DNA of 64,000 nt from an uncultured Gemmatimonadota bacterium (GCA_964404765.1 CAYOLL010000011.1:773-64772); one strand, 5' to 3'. Shown: positions 9,290 to 18,597, counted from the stretch's first letter. Program-made: numbers and translations. Notes: a model not told the origin generated them from the letters alone.

Positions 9290-10749
9290 AAGTATCGTAT
9301 TTTAAAAATTTTCGGTTCAGTTTTGTAGCAATGCTAATGTGTGCTAATCTCTTCGCTTTATTTGTAGGATTTGCTTATGCTGAACCACCCTTTGTTGTTC
9401 GCAACAGCCGCGGTGATACCCTGTTAATTGTTGATGAAAATGCCATCATCTTAAAAAAGGCTTTAAAAGTCTATGAGGGCAATAAGCTTGTCTCAAACAT
9501 TGGCGCCGATAGTGTTTTTTTTGATATTACCGGTTCCGGCCGGGCCTTAGAAAGCAGTTTTAGTGTTGGCGGCGGTGGTGTGCGAGCAGGCGAGAAAGCC
9601 GAATTAATGCGCCTTACACCACACCAATCCAACCAATTGTATGTAATTGAGCAAACATTAGCAAGCGATGACGGTGCTATTTGGGGACAACAAGCCGTCA
9701 CGGATTATTATGGTGTGGGTGTATTTGGACAAGGCGGTTGGACCGGGATGTTGGGCTATGTTTTCCCTTTTCCAACCGGTTTGGAGGAAAATGTGCAGGT
9801 CGATCCGGAACTCCGTGTTTATAATGGCGTCAAAGGAATTGTCTTCCCGAGGAATGACTTGCTTCGGAAGGGTGAATATCAGGGCGTTACCGGGTTTGCT
9901 CAGGGCAGCGCGTCGAACATCGGTGTTTATGGAAACGCCGGCGGACTTGGTGACTATAATCCTAACTATGAAAACGACCAGGGCGATCTTAATTTTGGCG
10001 TCTTTGCCCGGGCCAGAGACGGTAACGACGGAAATGTCGGGCTTTATGGGTACGCAAGTGGAGCGCCGACCGGTAACAATTTCGGTGTCTATGGGACTGT
10101 AAATGGTCTTCCCGGCGGAAAAAACTATGGTGTATACGGTTATGCTACAGGCGGTTTTTTGCAAAGCTATGCAATATATGGTGAAGCCGGTAATGCTTCC
10201 AACGATTGGGCCGGCTGGTTTAAAGGAGACATCAACGTAACAGGGAAGACCTACAACTTAAGTAGTGCAATGCGAATAGATAATCCACAGGACCCTGCAA
10301 ATCAATATCTGGAGCATGCTGTAGTTCATAGCGATGAATTAACAAATCTGTATAGCGGCAATATTGTATTGGATGGTAACGGGGAAGCGTTGGTGCAAAT
10401 GCCGGATTGGTTTGACGCGCTTAACACGGAAGTGCGATATCAATTAACACCCATTGGTGCGTCTATGCCAAGCCTGTATATTGCCAAAGAGCTAAGCAAA
10501 GGTGAGTTCAAAATTGCCGGCGGTGTGGCAGGCAAGAAAGTGTCATGGGCATTGACCAGCGTACGCAAGGATCCTTATGCCAAAGCGCATCCCATGTCCG
10601 TTGAAGTGCAAAAATCGGCGGATGAACGCGGTAAGTATCTTTCGCCGGAGCTTTATAATCAACCGCTCGAAAAACAAATCGGTCGTATCGATCCCGAAGC
10701 ACGGAAGCAAATAGAAAACGTCGGTACCAAACTTGAAAATCGTCAGTAA
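9286..10749 (+). CDS. Secreted Gly/Tyr-rich repeat protein (hypothetical)
   Basis: Start overlaps the upstream stop (ATGA at 9286-9289), suggesting translational coupling. N-terminal signal peptide MKVSYFKNFRFSFVAMLMCANLFALFVGFAYA. Repeated G-x-YG motifs (NFGVYGTVNGLPGGKNYGVYGYATGG). Confidence 0.55.
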   Translation: MKVSYFKNFRFSFVAMLMCANLFALFVGFAYAEPPFVVRNSRGDTLLIVDENAIILKKALKVYEGNKLVSNIGADSVFFDITGSGRALESSFSVGGGGVRAGEKAELMRLTPHQSNQLYVIEQTLASDDGAIWGQQAVTDYYGVGVFGQGGWTGMLGYVFPFPTGLEENVQVDPELRVYNGVKGIVFPRNDLLRKGEYQGVTGFAQGSASNIGVYGNAGGLGDYNPNYENDQGDLNFGVFARARDGNDGNVGLYGYASGAPTGNNFGVYGTVNGLPGGKNYGVYGYATGGFLQSYAIYGEAGNASNDWAGWFKGDINVTGKTYNLSSAMRIDNPQDPANQYLEHAVVHSDELTNLYSGNIVLDGNGEALVQMPDWFDALNTEVRYQLTPIGASMPSLYIAKELSKGEFKIAGGVAGKKVSWALTSVRKDPYAKAHPMSVEVQKSADERGKYLSPELYNQPLEKQIGRIDPEARKQIENVGTKLENRQ

Positions 10750-10759
10750 GGAAGGTTTT

Positions 10760-11776
10760 ATGATCCGGATCAAGTCATGCTTGATAATTTTAGTGAGTTG
10801 GTTAGGGCTTACCTCTACCGCATACTCTGCAAACTCCATTATCGTAAACGCTTCCGGTAAAGTCGATTTCGGCGCAAATGCGTTTGTTGATATTGCCGGA
10901 GATTTTACCAATAAAAGCCTTGCGTTCAATCCGGGAAGCGCCACCGTCAAGTTTTACGGCAGCCAAACCGGCGTGGTTAGCGGTACTGTCCCGCCGACCT
11001 TCAGCAAAGTGATTGTCAATAAATCCGGCGCAGCCATCGTTCAACTCAACACCGATGTCACCATCTCCAATAGCCTGACGTTTCTGGACGGCAATATCCA
11101 AACCGGCGCAAAAACGCTGACTCTGGGCAATGCGGCTACCCTGACCGGCGAAGGGGCCGGGCAATATGTCGTCGGTAACTTAAAGACAACGCGCGCGGTT
11201 GGTACGGCGGCGTCAACATTGGGCGGGCTTGGCTTGCAGTTGAGCAATGGCGCAGATGATCTCGGTCAAGTGACGGTGACGCGCGTCGCCGGCCCGACGG
11301 GAGTGACCCAGATCGGCGGCGTCAACGGCATTGCCCGGAACTGGCAAATCGGCTCGGAGCGCCAGCCGCTGCATGGCCGTGACATCACATTTAATTGGGT
11401 GCAGGACAATGATAATGGACTGAACTTGGCTTCCCTGCAGGTCTGGCGTGGTTCGGGCAATCTGTGGTATAAAGTAGGGTCAAACAAAAACGGCGTCGCC
11501 CGATCCGTAACGGTTAACACCGTCGCTTTTTCCACCTGGACGATGAATAACACCGTCGGGCGCGACAGCCGCGACATCAATGGCGACGGAGAACGCACGG
11601 TAGCGGATATCTTCGACATTGCCAATTATGTTTTGACCGGCCAGGGTTTGGACAGTTATCAGCGACAATTGGCTGACCGGAATGTCGATAATACGATTAA
11701 CATTAAAGACGTAGTGACGCTGGCCCAGCAATTTCGTGGCCGCGAAACCGGCGTTGATGTCGAAGTAATGGAATAG
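10760..11776 (+). CDS. Secreted beta-strand-repeat protein with C-terminal dockerin-like domain
   Basis: RBS GGAAGG 6 nt before ATG 10760; signal peptide MIRIKSCLIILVSWLGLTSTAYSA. The C-terminal DINGDGERTVADIFDIANYV...DRNVDNTINIKDVVTLAQ is a two-segment dockerin-like Ca-binding repeat. (The ORF track's earlier Met at 10733 is less likely.). Confidence 0.6.
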   Translation: MIRIKSCLIILVSWLGLTSTAYSANSIIVNASGKVDFGANAFVDIAGDFTNKSLAFNPGSATVKFYGSQTGVVSGTVPPTFSKVIVNKSGAAIVQLNTDVTISNSLTFLDGNIQTGAKTLTLGNAATLTGEGAGQYVVGNLKTTRAVGTAASTLGGLGLQLSNGADDLGQVTVTRVAGPTGVTQIGGVNGIARNWQIGSERQPLHGRDITFNWVQDNDNGLNLASLQVWRGSGNLWYKVGSNKNGVARSVTVNTVAFSTWTMNNTVGRDSRDINGDGERTVADIFDIANYVLTGQGLDSYQRQLADRNVDNTINIKDVVTLAQQFRGRETGVDVEVME

Positions 11777-11875
11777 CGCCTGCTCAATCTTTGACTGGCT
11801 TTCACCCCAAATGCAGTATTTATCGTCAAAAGGCGCATCACTTCCACGAAAATAAACCAGTGATTGCAATAGCAA

Positions 11876-14800
11876 TCAACCCTTCTCCATCTCCCGCTCC
11901 TCAAACTTCACCGACACTAACCGCGAGACGCCCGGCTCTTCCATCGTCACGCCGTAGAGCCGGTCGGCGATTTCCATGGTGCGCTTGTTGTGAGTGATCA
12001 TCACGAATTGCGAATGGCGGGTCAATTCGCGCAAAATTTTGGTGAAGCGGCCGATGTTGGCGTCGTCTAACGGCGCGTCGATTTCGTCTAAGATGCAGAA
12101 CGGGCTGGGTTTGACCAGATAGATGGCAAACAACAGGGCAATGGCTGTCAGCGCCCGCTCGCCGGCCGATAGCAGGGTGATGCTCTGCGGCTTCTTGCCT
12201 TTGGGCCGGGCAATAATGTCGATGGACGCTTCCAGCAAGTCTACATTTTCCTCGATTTTCAAGTCCGCCTCGCCGCCTTCAAACAGGGTCACGAACATGT
12301 TGATAAAGTTCAGTCGAATCTGCTCGTACGTCGTTCGGAAGCGCTCCCGCGCCTCTTTGTTGATCTCGCGCAGCGCCTTTTGCAACGAAGTTTTGGCCTC
12401 TTCCAAATCCTTTTTCTGCGTGGTCAGAAACTCGAACCGATCCGCTTCGGTCTTGTATTCTTCCAGCGCCATCAGGTTGACCGGCCCCAGGCCTTTCAGC
12501 CGCTGACGCAAATCCAGCGCGGTTTCTTCGCCCTTGTGCACATTAAGACCGCCATCCGTCTGCCAATCTTTAACAGCGGCCGGCGCTTCGGTAATCGCTT
12601 CTACATCAGCCTGATATTCTTCCAGCAATCGGGCCTTAATATTTTGCCGTTCCTGTTGCAGATGGGCCAATCGCAGCTCGATTTCATGCTCTTTTAGCTG
12701 CGCGTCTTCCCGTTCTTTGCGAACATGGCGAATCACCTTCTCAATGTCCTGAACTTGATTGGTTACCGTTTGCACAACACTATGTAGCTCGTCTGCCAGT
12801 TTGCGCTGATCTTCTTCTTTTCGGTGCCGCTCTTCCAATGAAATAGCCAGCACGCCATTACGCGACTTTAAGACTTCAATCTGCCTGCGGGCTTCCGCGC
12901 CTTCCTGCTCGTGGCGGACAATAATCTTTTCAGCGTCCTGCCGTGCCTCAGCGATGCGGCTCAAATCCGATTGCAGTTTTTCCAGTTGACCTTCGGCGGA
13001 AATCAAATCAATCTGAGCCTTATTCAACTGCGACGCCAGTTGCCCGGCTTTTTGGCGCACACCTTGCAACGTCTCGCGGGCGGTTTTCAACGCCTCTTCG
13101 GCCTGTTGGCTTTCCTTTGCCGCCTGCTGAAAAGCCAAATCCACCTGCCGAATCTTTTCGCCCGTCAGCTTTTGCTCGTTCCGCTGCTTATCGACCGTCA
13201 CGCTCAACTCTTCCTGGCGCTGATCCAGCGATCCGACCTGAAAAGTCAGGGCCTGAATCTGCCGCTCCATGGTCGTCGCCTTTTGCCGCTGTCGATTCAG
13301 CGTCTCCTGATCGTCTTTTTGCTGCTGATTCAGTTCGTTTAACTCCGCCTCAAGCCGGGAGCGCTTTTGGCCTAATTCACTCAGCCGGATTTGCAAAGCT
13401 TCGGCCTCTTTGGACAGCGAGGCGATTTGCCGTTTGCGGGCCAACAGGCTGCTATCCTTGCCCTGCTGCCCGTGCCCGCCGGTGATGATTCCCGTCCGCT
13501 CGACCGTTTCGCCGTTCAGCGTGGCCAGGTCCCATTGCGGATAATTTTTGTTGATGCGCATGGCCGTCGCCAGATCGTCCACGATCACGGTTTGGGCCAG
13601 TAAAATCCGGGCCAAATCGCCCGCCGGGCCTTTTGCTTCAATCAAATCCGCCGCCACGCCGCGCACACCCGCTTCGCGCAAAATATCGGAGTCGCGAACT
13701 TCCGTTGGCGAGGAATCCGACCGGACTTGCAAACTGAAGTTTGCTACTCCCGCGCCTTTTTCTAAGGGGGAATCCGTCGCATAAAAACCGGCTTGCCCGG
13801 CCTTATCCTTTTGCAAAGCTTCGATACCGGCCAAAATCGTCTCCGGTTTATCGGCAATAATGACCTGCACTTTTTGACCCAACGCCGCCTCAATCGCCGT
13901 CTCAAACTCCGGCTTCGTCGAAACGTAATCGGCCAGTACGCCGGCCAGACCGTCTAAGCCCCGTCCTGAGCCTGTCGAAGGGCGCGTCATAAGCTGCCGC
14001 ACGCCTTTTTGGAAACCTTCAAAACGATTCTGCAAATCCTCCAGCACCTTTAAGTTGGACTTGACCGAGGCCGCCTGCTCGCGATCCTGCTGCTCTTGCC
14101 GGGCAAGCTCGTTGCGCTGTGCCTGCTTGCGCTCCATTTCCGTCGTGCGGGATTTGATTTGATCGGTTAAGCGCTGCGCCGTTTTGTTGACTTCCTCAAA
14201 ATCTTTGGTCAGTTGGGTCAACTCTTTCTGGCGGGTTTGGCGCTCCTCGGCCATCGAGGCCAACTGCCGTTCGCCCTGCTGAAGCTGGACGGTCAAATCC
14301 TGAGCGCGCTGTTTAAAGTTTTTTAAATCATTCTCCAGGCCGAGCCGCTGCCGCAAAATCTCGCGCGTCTTCTCTTCAATCGTAATAATCTGCTTCTCGT
14401 GGACTTTGGTGTCTTCCGTTGCCCGGTCGCGCTCGACTTTGATGTGCTGAAACTGCTTTTGTAACTGACCGATTTTTTCTTGGGTGGCCGCGATGCCGCG
14501 TTCCGTCTCCACGCTGTCCTTTTTCAGCCGCTCCACTTTCGATTTCAGACCTTCGCGTTCCTGATCGAAGCGCGTGATTTGTGTTTCCAATGACTTCTGC
14601 CGCTCGCGGTTGACCAGCAATTCCTCGTCCAATTTGCGGGTTTCCTGCGCCATTTGAGCCAAAACCTGGCGGGCTTTGGTGGCATTTTCCTCTTGCCCAA
14701 GCATCTGTTGCCGTAGTGTTTCGATTTCGGCCTCGCGGCTTTCGATAGCCACGCCAAAACCGCTGATTTTATCGCCCAAATCCTGCTGTTGGCGCAGCAA

Positions 14801-15529
14801 CGGCTTTTCTTCCGCCAGCAATTGATGAAACTTGGCATAGGCCAGCGCCGTCTCCACGGCCAGCAAATCGTTGGAATACTGCTGATACATTTCCGCCCGC
14901 TTGACCTGCCGCTTGAGCGAATTGACCTGCTTGTCCACCTCGGTCACAATATCCTCGAGGCGGATCAAATCGGTTTCGGTGGCGGCCAATTTCTTTAAGG
15001 TGGACTTGCGGCGGGCTTTGTATTTCATGATGCCGGCGGCCTCGTCAAACAGAAAGCGGCGGTCTTCGGTGCGGTCGCTCAGGATGGAATCGACCATGCT
15101 CCGTTCCAGCAGCGAATAGGCGTTGGTGCCCATGCCCGTGTCCAGAAACAAGTCCACAATATCCTTGAGCCGGCATTGCTTGCGATTGATCAGATATTCG
15201 CTATCGCCGGAGCGGAACAGCCGCCGGGTCAGCGTCACGTCGGTGTATTCGAGCGGCAGCACGCCGCGGCTGTTGGTAAAGGTGATGGACACTTCGGCCA
15301 TGCCCGTCGCCGCCCGCTCCTTGGTGCCGACAAAGATGACATCCTCCATCTTTTCGCAGCGCAGGCCGCGCGCATTCTGCTCGCCCAACACCCAGCGAAT
15401 GGCCTCGCTGACATTGGACTTGCCGCAGCCGTTTGGCCCGATAATGGCCGTAATGCCGCTGCCGAAAGTCAATTCCGTTTTGTGATAAAAAGACTTAAAA
15501 CCAACCACTTCCAAATGGGTGAGTTCCAC
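11876..15529 (-). CDS. smc: Chromosome partition protein SMC
   Basis: N-terminal MELTHLEVVGFKSFYHKTELTFGSGITAIIGPNGCGKSNVSEAIRWVLGEQ (Walker A). Long coiled coils, a hinge, and a C-terminal LSGGERALTAIALLFAI...ILDEIDAPLDD (ABC signature / Walker B). 1217 aa. Confidence 0.95.
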   Translation of the reverse strand: MELTHLEVVGFKSFYHKTELTFGSGITAIIGPNGCGKSNVSEAIRWVLGEQNARGLRCEKMEDVIFVGTKERAATGMAEVSITFTNSRGVLPLEYTDVTLTRRLFRSGDSEYLINRKQCRLKDIVDLFLDTGMGTNAYSLLERSMVDSILSDRTEDRRFLFDEAAGIMKYKARRKSTLKKLAATETDLIRLEDIVTEVDKQVNSLKRQVKRAEMYQQYSNDLLAVETALAYAKFHQLLAEEKPLLRQQQDLGDKISGFGVAIESREAEIETLRQQMLGQEENATKARQVLAQMAQETRKLDEELLVNRERQKSLETQITRFDQEREGLKSKVERLKKDSVETERGIAATQEKIGQLQKQFQHIKVERDRATEDTKVHEKQIITIEEKTREILRQRLGLENDLKNFKQRAQDLTVQLQQGERQLASMAEERQTRQKELTQLTKDFEEVNKTAQRLTDQIKSRTTEMERKQAQRNELARQEQQDREQAASVKSNLKVLEDLQNRFEGFQKGVRQLMTRPSTGSGRGLDGLAGVLADYVSTKPEFETAIEAALGQKVQVIIADKPETILAGIEALQKDKAGQAGFYATDSPLEKGAGVANFSLQVRSDSSPTEVRDSDILREAGVRGVAADLIEAKGPAGDLARILLAQTVIVDDLATAMRINKNYPQWDLATLNGETVERTGIITGGHGQQGKDSSLLARKRQIASLSKEAEALQIRLSELGQKRSRLEAELNELNQQQKDDQETLNRQRQKATTMERQIQALTFQVGSLDQRQEELSVTVDKQRNEQKLTGEKIRQVDLAFQQAAKESQQAEEALKTARETLQGVRQKAGQLASQLNKAQIDLISAEGQLEKLQSDLSRIAEARQDAEKIIVRHEQEGAEARRQIEVLKSRNGVLAISLEERHRKEEDQRKLADELHSVVQTVTNQVQDIEKVIRHVRKEREDAQLKEHEIELRLAHLQQERQNIKARLLEEYQADVEAITEAPAAVKDWQTDGGLNVHKGEETALDLRQRLKGLGPVNLMALEEYKTEADRFEFLTTQKKDLEEAKTSLQKALREINKEARERFRTTYEQIRLNFINMFVTLFEGGEADLKIEENVDLLEASIDIIARPKGKKPQSITLLSAGERALTAIALLFAIYLVKPSPFCILDEIDAPLDDANIGRFTKILRELTRHSQFVMITHNKRTMEIADRLYGVTMEEPGVSRLVSVKFEEREMEKG

Positions 15530-15604
15530 AGGTTACCTCGTTAAAAGATTAAAAACAGGTGGATAGACTATAGGCTTTTAGGCTTTTAGCCTGAATTGCT
15601 CTCA

Positions 15605-16015
15605 TTATAAACCGACAACGCCATTTTGGACTAAATCGGTTTTGAGTGTCTGCCAAAGTTCCTGCGCCGTTTTGACGGCTTTGTTCGCGTCAGTCGGCGT
15701 CGCGGCCGGCCAATTTCCCGGATAGCGGGATTCAACAGCCCATTCGGTTAACTCGGACAAATCCGGCTGGGTTGTGTGAACTGTCCAATGATGCGGCAAT
15801 AAATTTCGTAAAGCATCCAAGTCGTGGCTACGCGGAAAACCTGTCCCAATTGCAATCAACGACGTTTTCAGCATTTTTTCGGCGGCTTGCTGCGCCAACC
15901 AACAGATGTGGCGCGGCGGCGCGATAAAAGGCTGATTCAGCAATTGCTCCGCGGCGGATAAGTCTTCCTGCGCGTAAGTCAGCCAGTTTTTGGCTTCAGG
16001 CGTGAGGCTGTTCAT
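15605..16015 (-). CDS. HEPN domain protein (toxin-like partner of the adjacent MNT)
   Basis: 136 aa, helical, with an ESRYP-type R-x4-6-H-like motif. Overlaps the upstream nucleotidyltransferase gene by 20 nt, the canonical HEPN/MNT arrangement. Confidence 0.65.
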   Translation of the reverse strand: MNSLTPEAKNWLTYAQEDLSAAEQLLNQPFIAPPRHICWLAQQAAEKMLKTSLIAIGTGFPRSHDLDALRNLLPHHWTVHTTQPDLSELTEWAVESRYPGNWPAATPTDANKAVKTAQELWQTLKTDLVQNGVVGL

Positions 16016-16319
16016 ACAACACTTTCCCTTCCCGTAAGGCCGGGCCTAAAAATGAGCCGATTTGCGTTTTGCTTTCTTTAATTTCCTCCGGCGTTGTGAC
16101 AAAAATATCCTTGCTGATCGGCATATCCGTGAGCAGACGGCGAATGGCCACCGCGCTGTGCCGCTTGTTGACCGTATACGGCAAAACAACCAGCAAATCA
16201 ATATCGCTGTCCGGCCCGGCCACACCCCGCGCATACGAGCCAAACAAAATGATCTGAAGCGGCTGAACCTGCCGGACAATGCGGGTAATCATTTCATTGA
16301 GATAGGCTTCAGTGGGCAT
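15996..16319 (-). CDS. Minimal nucleotidyltransferase (MNT) of a HEPN/MNT pair
   Basis: LFGSYARGVAGPDSDIDLLVVL, the GS...DxD nucleotidyltransferase motif. Confidence 0.8.
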   Translation of the reverse strand: MPTEAYLNEMITRIVRQVQPLQIILFGSYARGVAGPDSDIDLLVVLPYTVNKRHSAVAIRRLLTDMPISKDIFVTTPEEIKESKTQIGSFLGPALREGKVLYEQPHA

Positions 16320-16637
16320 TCAAGACTCCATTCGAAGATGCTTGATTACATACTTTATTAAATTCCGCGCCCAATATGGCATTTTTATGAAAGGCCTGGG
16401 ATTGAGTCATTGTTAAAACTCCTTCAAACAACCGCGCATCAAAATCATCCGCTAACCGAATCTTTCCCTTCAAGACGCGCCATCAACCTAAATTCCTGAC
16501 CCGGACTTGTCAAGCTTTTCTCTTCATCCGCCGTACACGACCACGCCACGCCGGATTTTTCCTGTTGCCATTGCCGTCGGTTTCTGTTACAATAAAGATG
16601 GGATTATTCTTACCAAACTTACACCGGAGTTCGCCCC

Positions 16638-17849
16638 ATGACCAACCAAATTCATGCCGTTTTTCGCCAGGCTTATAACGATTTTGATGTCAAGCCGTTG
16701 CGCGGCGAATTGCTGCGCAAATTCTACGTGGACAGCTTTGCCAAAGACACCGCCGCCGATATCAAAACGACCCTGGACATTTCGACCGCCAACGAGAAGA
16801 TTCTGGTCGTCGGCCACCGCGGCTGCGGCAAATCGACCGTGCTCAGCAAGATTGCCGAGGAGTTGGATGACCAATACTTCGTCATCATGTTTTCGGCATT
16901 GGACGATCTGAACATGATGGACGTGCAAACGCTGGACCTGCTGCTGATCATGTACATGAAGATCACTGAAATCATGGATCGCCGTAAGATTCCCGACTCC
17001 CTCAGCAAATTTGAAAAATTCATGGGTTTTGCCAAAAACAAAGTCAGGGTTGATGATGTGAGCGTGGGATTCTTTAAAGCGCTGTCCTTTAAGCTTAAGG
17101 TGGAACACGAGTTCCGCGATATGGTGCGGATCGAACTGCGCAATCGCTTGGATGAATTGCAAAAAAAGATTGCTGAAGCCTGCGTCGACATTCAGCAAAA
17201 GACGAAGAAGGAAGCGCTGATCATCATTGACGACCTGGATAAGCTGGCCTCGGACACAGCCCGCAAGATTTTTATTGAGGACAATCCGCTGATTACCGTG
17301 CCGGAAGCGCGCACCGTCTTTACCTTCCCGCTGGAAAGCTATTACAGCAAAGACTTTGCCAAAGTCAACAACGCCTACGACAGCGTGATGATTCCGGTCG
17401 TCAACCTGCATGATGCGGCCCAAAACTACCGGCCGGATGTGTTGGACGAGCTCAAAAAGCTGATCTGGAAGCGTTTAGATAAGCAATACATCACCGATTC
17501 GGCACTAAAATTGCTCATTGATAGCAGTGGCGGCTTGCTGCGCGACCTGGTCAAGTTCATGCAGGATGCCTGCAAAAAAGCCATCCTGGCCCAAACCGAG
17601 CAAATCACGGAAGAAATCGCTGCCCAAGTTGTCGCCGAATTGGCTAACCAATACCGTCGCTGGTTTGATTTTCCAAAATATAGACAGGCCGCGGAACAGA
17701 TTGCCAAAACCCGTGAAAAAGAGGCCATTGCCCAGGACATTTTTATCGAAATGCTGCATCACATGTTCGCCCTGGAATATCGCTACCAAAAAAAGATTTG
17801 GTTCAATCTGCACCCGTGTTTGGCGGCGGCAATGAGCAATGAGCAATGA
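16638..17849 (+). CDS. P-loop NTPase (AAA-like), hypothetical
   Basis: Walker A LVVGHRGCGKSTVLSK; Walker B-like LIIIDDLDKLA; helical C-terminus. The stop codon lies inside a heptamer tandem repeat. Confidence 0.55.
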   Translation: MTNQIHAVFRQAYNDFDVKPLRGELLRKFYVDSFAKDTAADIKTTLDISTANEKILVVGHRGCGKSTVLSKIAEELDDQYFVIMFSALDDLNMMDVQTLDLLLIMYMKITEIMDRRKIPDSLSKFEKFMGFAKNKVRVDDVSVGFFKALSFKLKVEHEFRDMVRIELRNRLDELQKKIAEACVDIQQKTKKEALIIIDDLDKLASDTARKIFIEDNPLITVPEARTVFTFPLESYYSKDFAKVNNAYDSVMIPVVNLHDAAQNYRPDVLDELKKLIWKRLDKQYITDSALKLLIDSSGGLLRDLVKFMQDACKKAILAQTEQITEEIAAQVVAELANQYRRWFDFPKYRQAAEQIAKTREKEAIAQDIFIEMLHHMFALEYRYQKKIWFNLHPCLAAAMSNEQ

Positions 17850-17869
17850 ACAATGAACAATGAACAATG
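17829..17869. repeat. Heptanucleotide tandem repeat (GCAATGA x3, ACAATGA x2, ACAATG) containing the TGA stop of the upstream P-loop gene
   Basis: Read directly: gcaatgagcaatgagcaatgaacaatgaacaatgaacaatg. Confidence 0.9.
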
Positions 17870-17881
17870 CGGAGGAATCGA

Positions 17882-18226
17882 ATGACAACGATCACCATTC
17901 AACTGACCAATGACCGGTTTACTTTTATCAAGCGGCAACTGAAGGACGGCGGATATAAAGATATCAACCAAATTTTTAGCCGTATGATTGACCGTGAAAG
18001 AGAAATTCAGGCCATCAATCAAGTCATGGAAAGAAATGTTCGGGCCTATCTTGACAAAGATGAAAAACCGCCCGTCCCGTATGCCGATCGTCTTGACGAA
18101 GCGGAAAGCCTTTTGGATGAAGTGGAAGACGAGCCGGTTGACATGACCGCAGCAGAGTGGGCCAATATAAATGCCGAAATCACCGCCCAATATCAAGCGC
18201 GTAAAAATCGCCGGAAAACCTCATGA
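17882..18226 (+). CDS. parD: ParD-like antitoxin (type II TA)
   Basis: RBS GGAGGA before ATG 17882. MTTITIQLTNDRFTFIKRQLKDGGYKDINQIFSRMIDRERE resembles the ParD/CC2985 antitoxin family. Stop overlaps the ParE start (ATGA). Confidence 0.55.
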   Translation: MTTITIQLTNDRFTFIKRQLKDGGYKDINQIFSRMIDREREIQAINQVMERNVRAYLDKDEKPPVPYADRLDEAESLLDEVEDEPVDMTAAEWANINAEITAQYQARKNRRKTS

Positions 18227-18540
18227 AAATACGCATTAGCCAACATCGGGAGGCGCGAGTCGATCTAATCGCCATTTCCCTGCAAATAGCCGTTAAGCTG
18301 AAAAAACCGACGGCGAGTCATCGCTTTACCGAAAATGTCAACGAGACCCTGAATACGCTGATTATGATGCCTTACTTGGGTTCCGGATGCAAATTCAAAA
18401 AGACAAAATATGCCAAAATGCGTTCATGCCCGGTAAAAGACTTTCCTAATATCCTGATTTTTTATACTCCGATCAAAGATGGCATTGAAGTCTATCGGAT
18501 CGTTTGCAGCGGCCCCTGTTTGGATGCCGTTTTTGCCTGA
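18223..18540 (+). CDS. parE: ParE/RelE-family toxin
   Basis: 105 aa; the C-terminal NILIFYTPIKDGIEVYRIVCSG fits the ParE/RelE fold consensus (ILIFY...I.I.RI.HG). Confidence 0.55.
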   Translation: MKIRISQHREARVDLIAISLQIAVKLKKPTASHRFTENVNETLNTLIMMPYLGSGCKFKKTKYAKMRSCPVKDFPNILIFYTPIKDGIEVYRIVCSGPCLDAVFA

Positions 18541-18542
18541 AC

Positions 18543-18566
18543 ATAACTCCATAACTCCATAACTCC
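18543..18566. repeat. Octanucleotide tandem repeat ATAACTCC x3, directly after the parE stop and upstream of the NACHT gene
   Basis: Read directly. Confidence 0.9.
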
Positions 18567-18597
18567 AACACCGCCTTCCATTTTTGAGGCAACGACC

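Noticed and set aside
9658-10164. 168-aa minus-strand ORF and 144-aa plus-strand alternate-frame ORF inside the Gly-rich protein gene
   Set aside because: Both are overlapping/antisense frames of a gene with a clear signal peptide and repeat structure. They are composition artefacts of the Gly-rich coding sequence.
12123-13784. Several 70-180-aa plus-strand ORFs inside the smc gene
   Set aside because: They are antisense to an unambiguous smc CDS. They arise from the Arg/Ala-rich reverse frame and repeat palindromes (e.g. 'CKLKFATP').
16587-17423. 278-aa ORF on the minus strand, antisense to the P-loop NTPase gene
   Set aside because: It fully overlaps a better-supported plus-strand gene (Walker A/B motifs and an RBS) and has low-complexity, Val/Gln-rich composition typical of antisense translation.
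17829-17869. Possible CRISPR array (short direct repeats)
   Set aside because: These are contiguous 7-nt tandem units without spacers. No CRISPR-like repeat-spacer periodicity or cas genes are present anywhere in the window.
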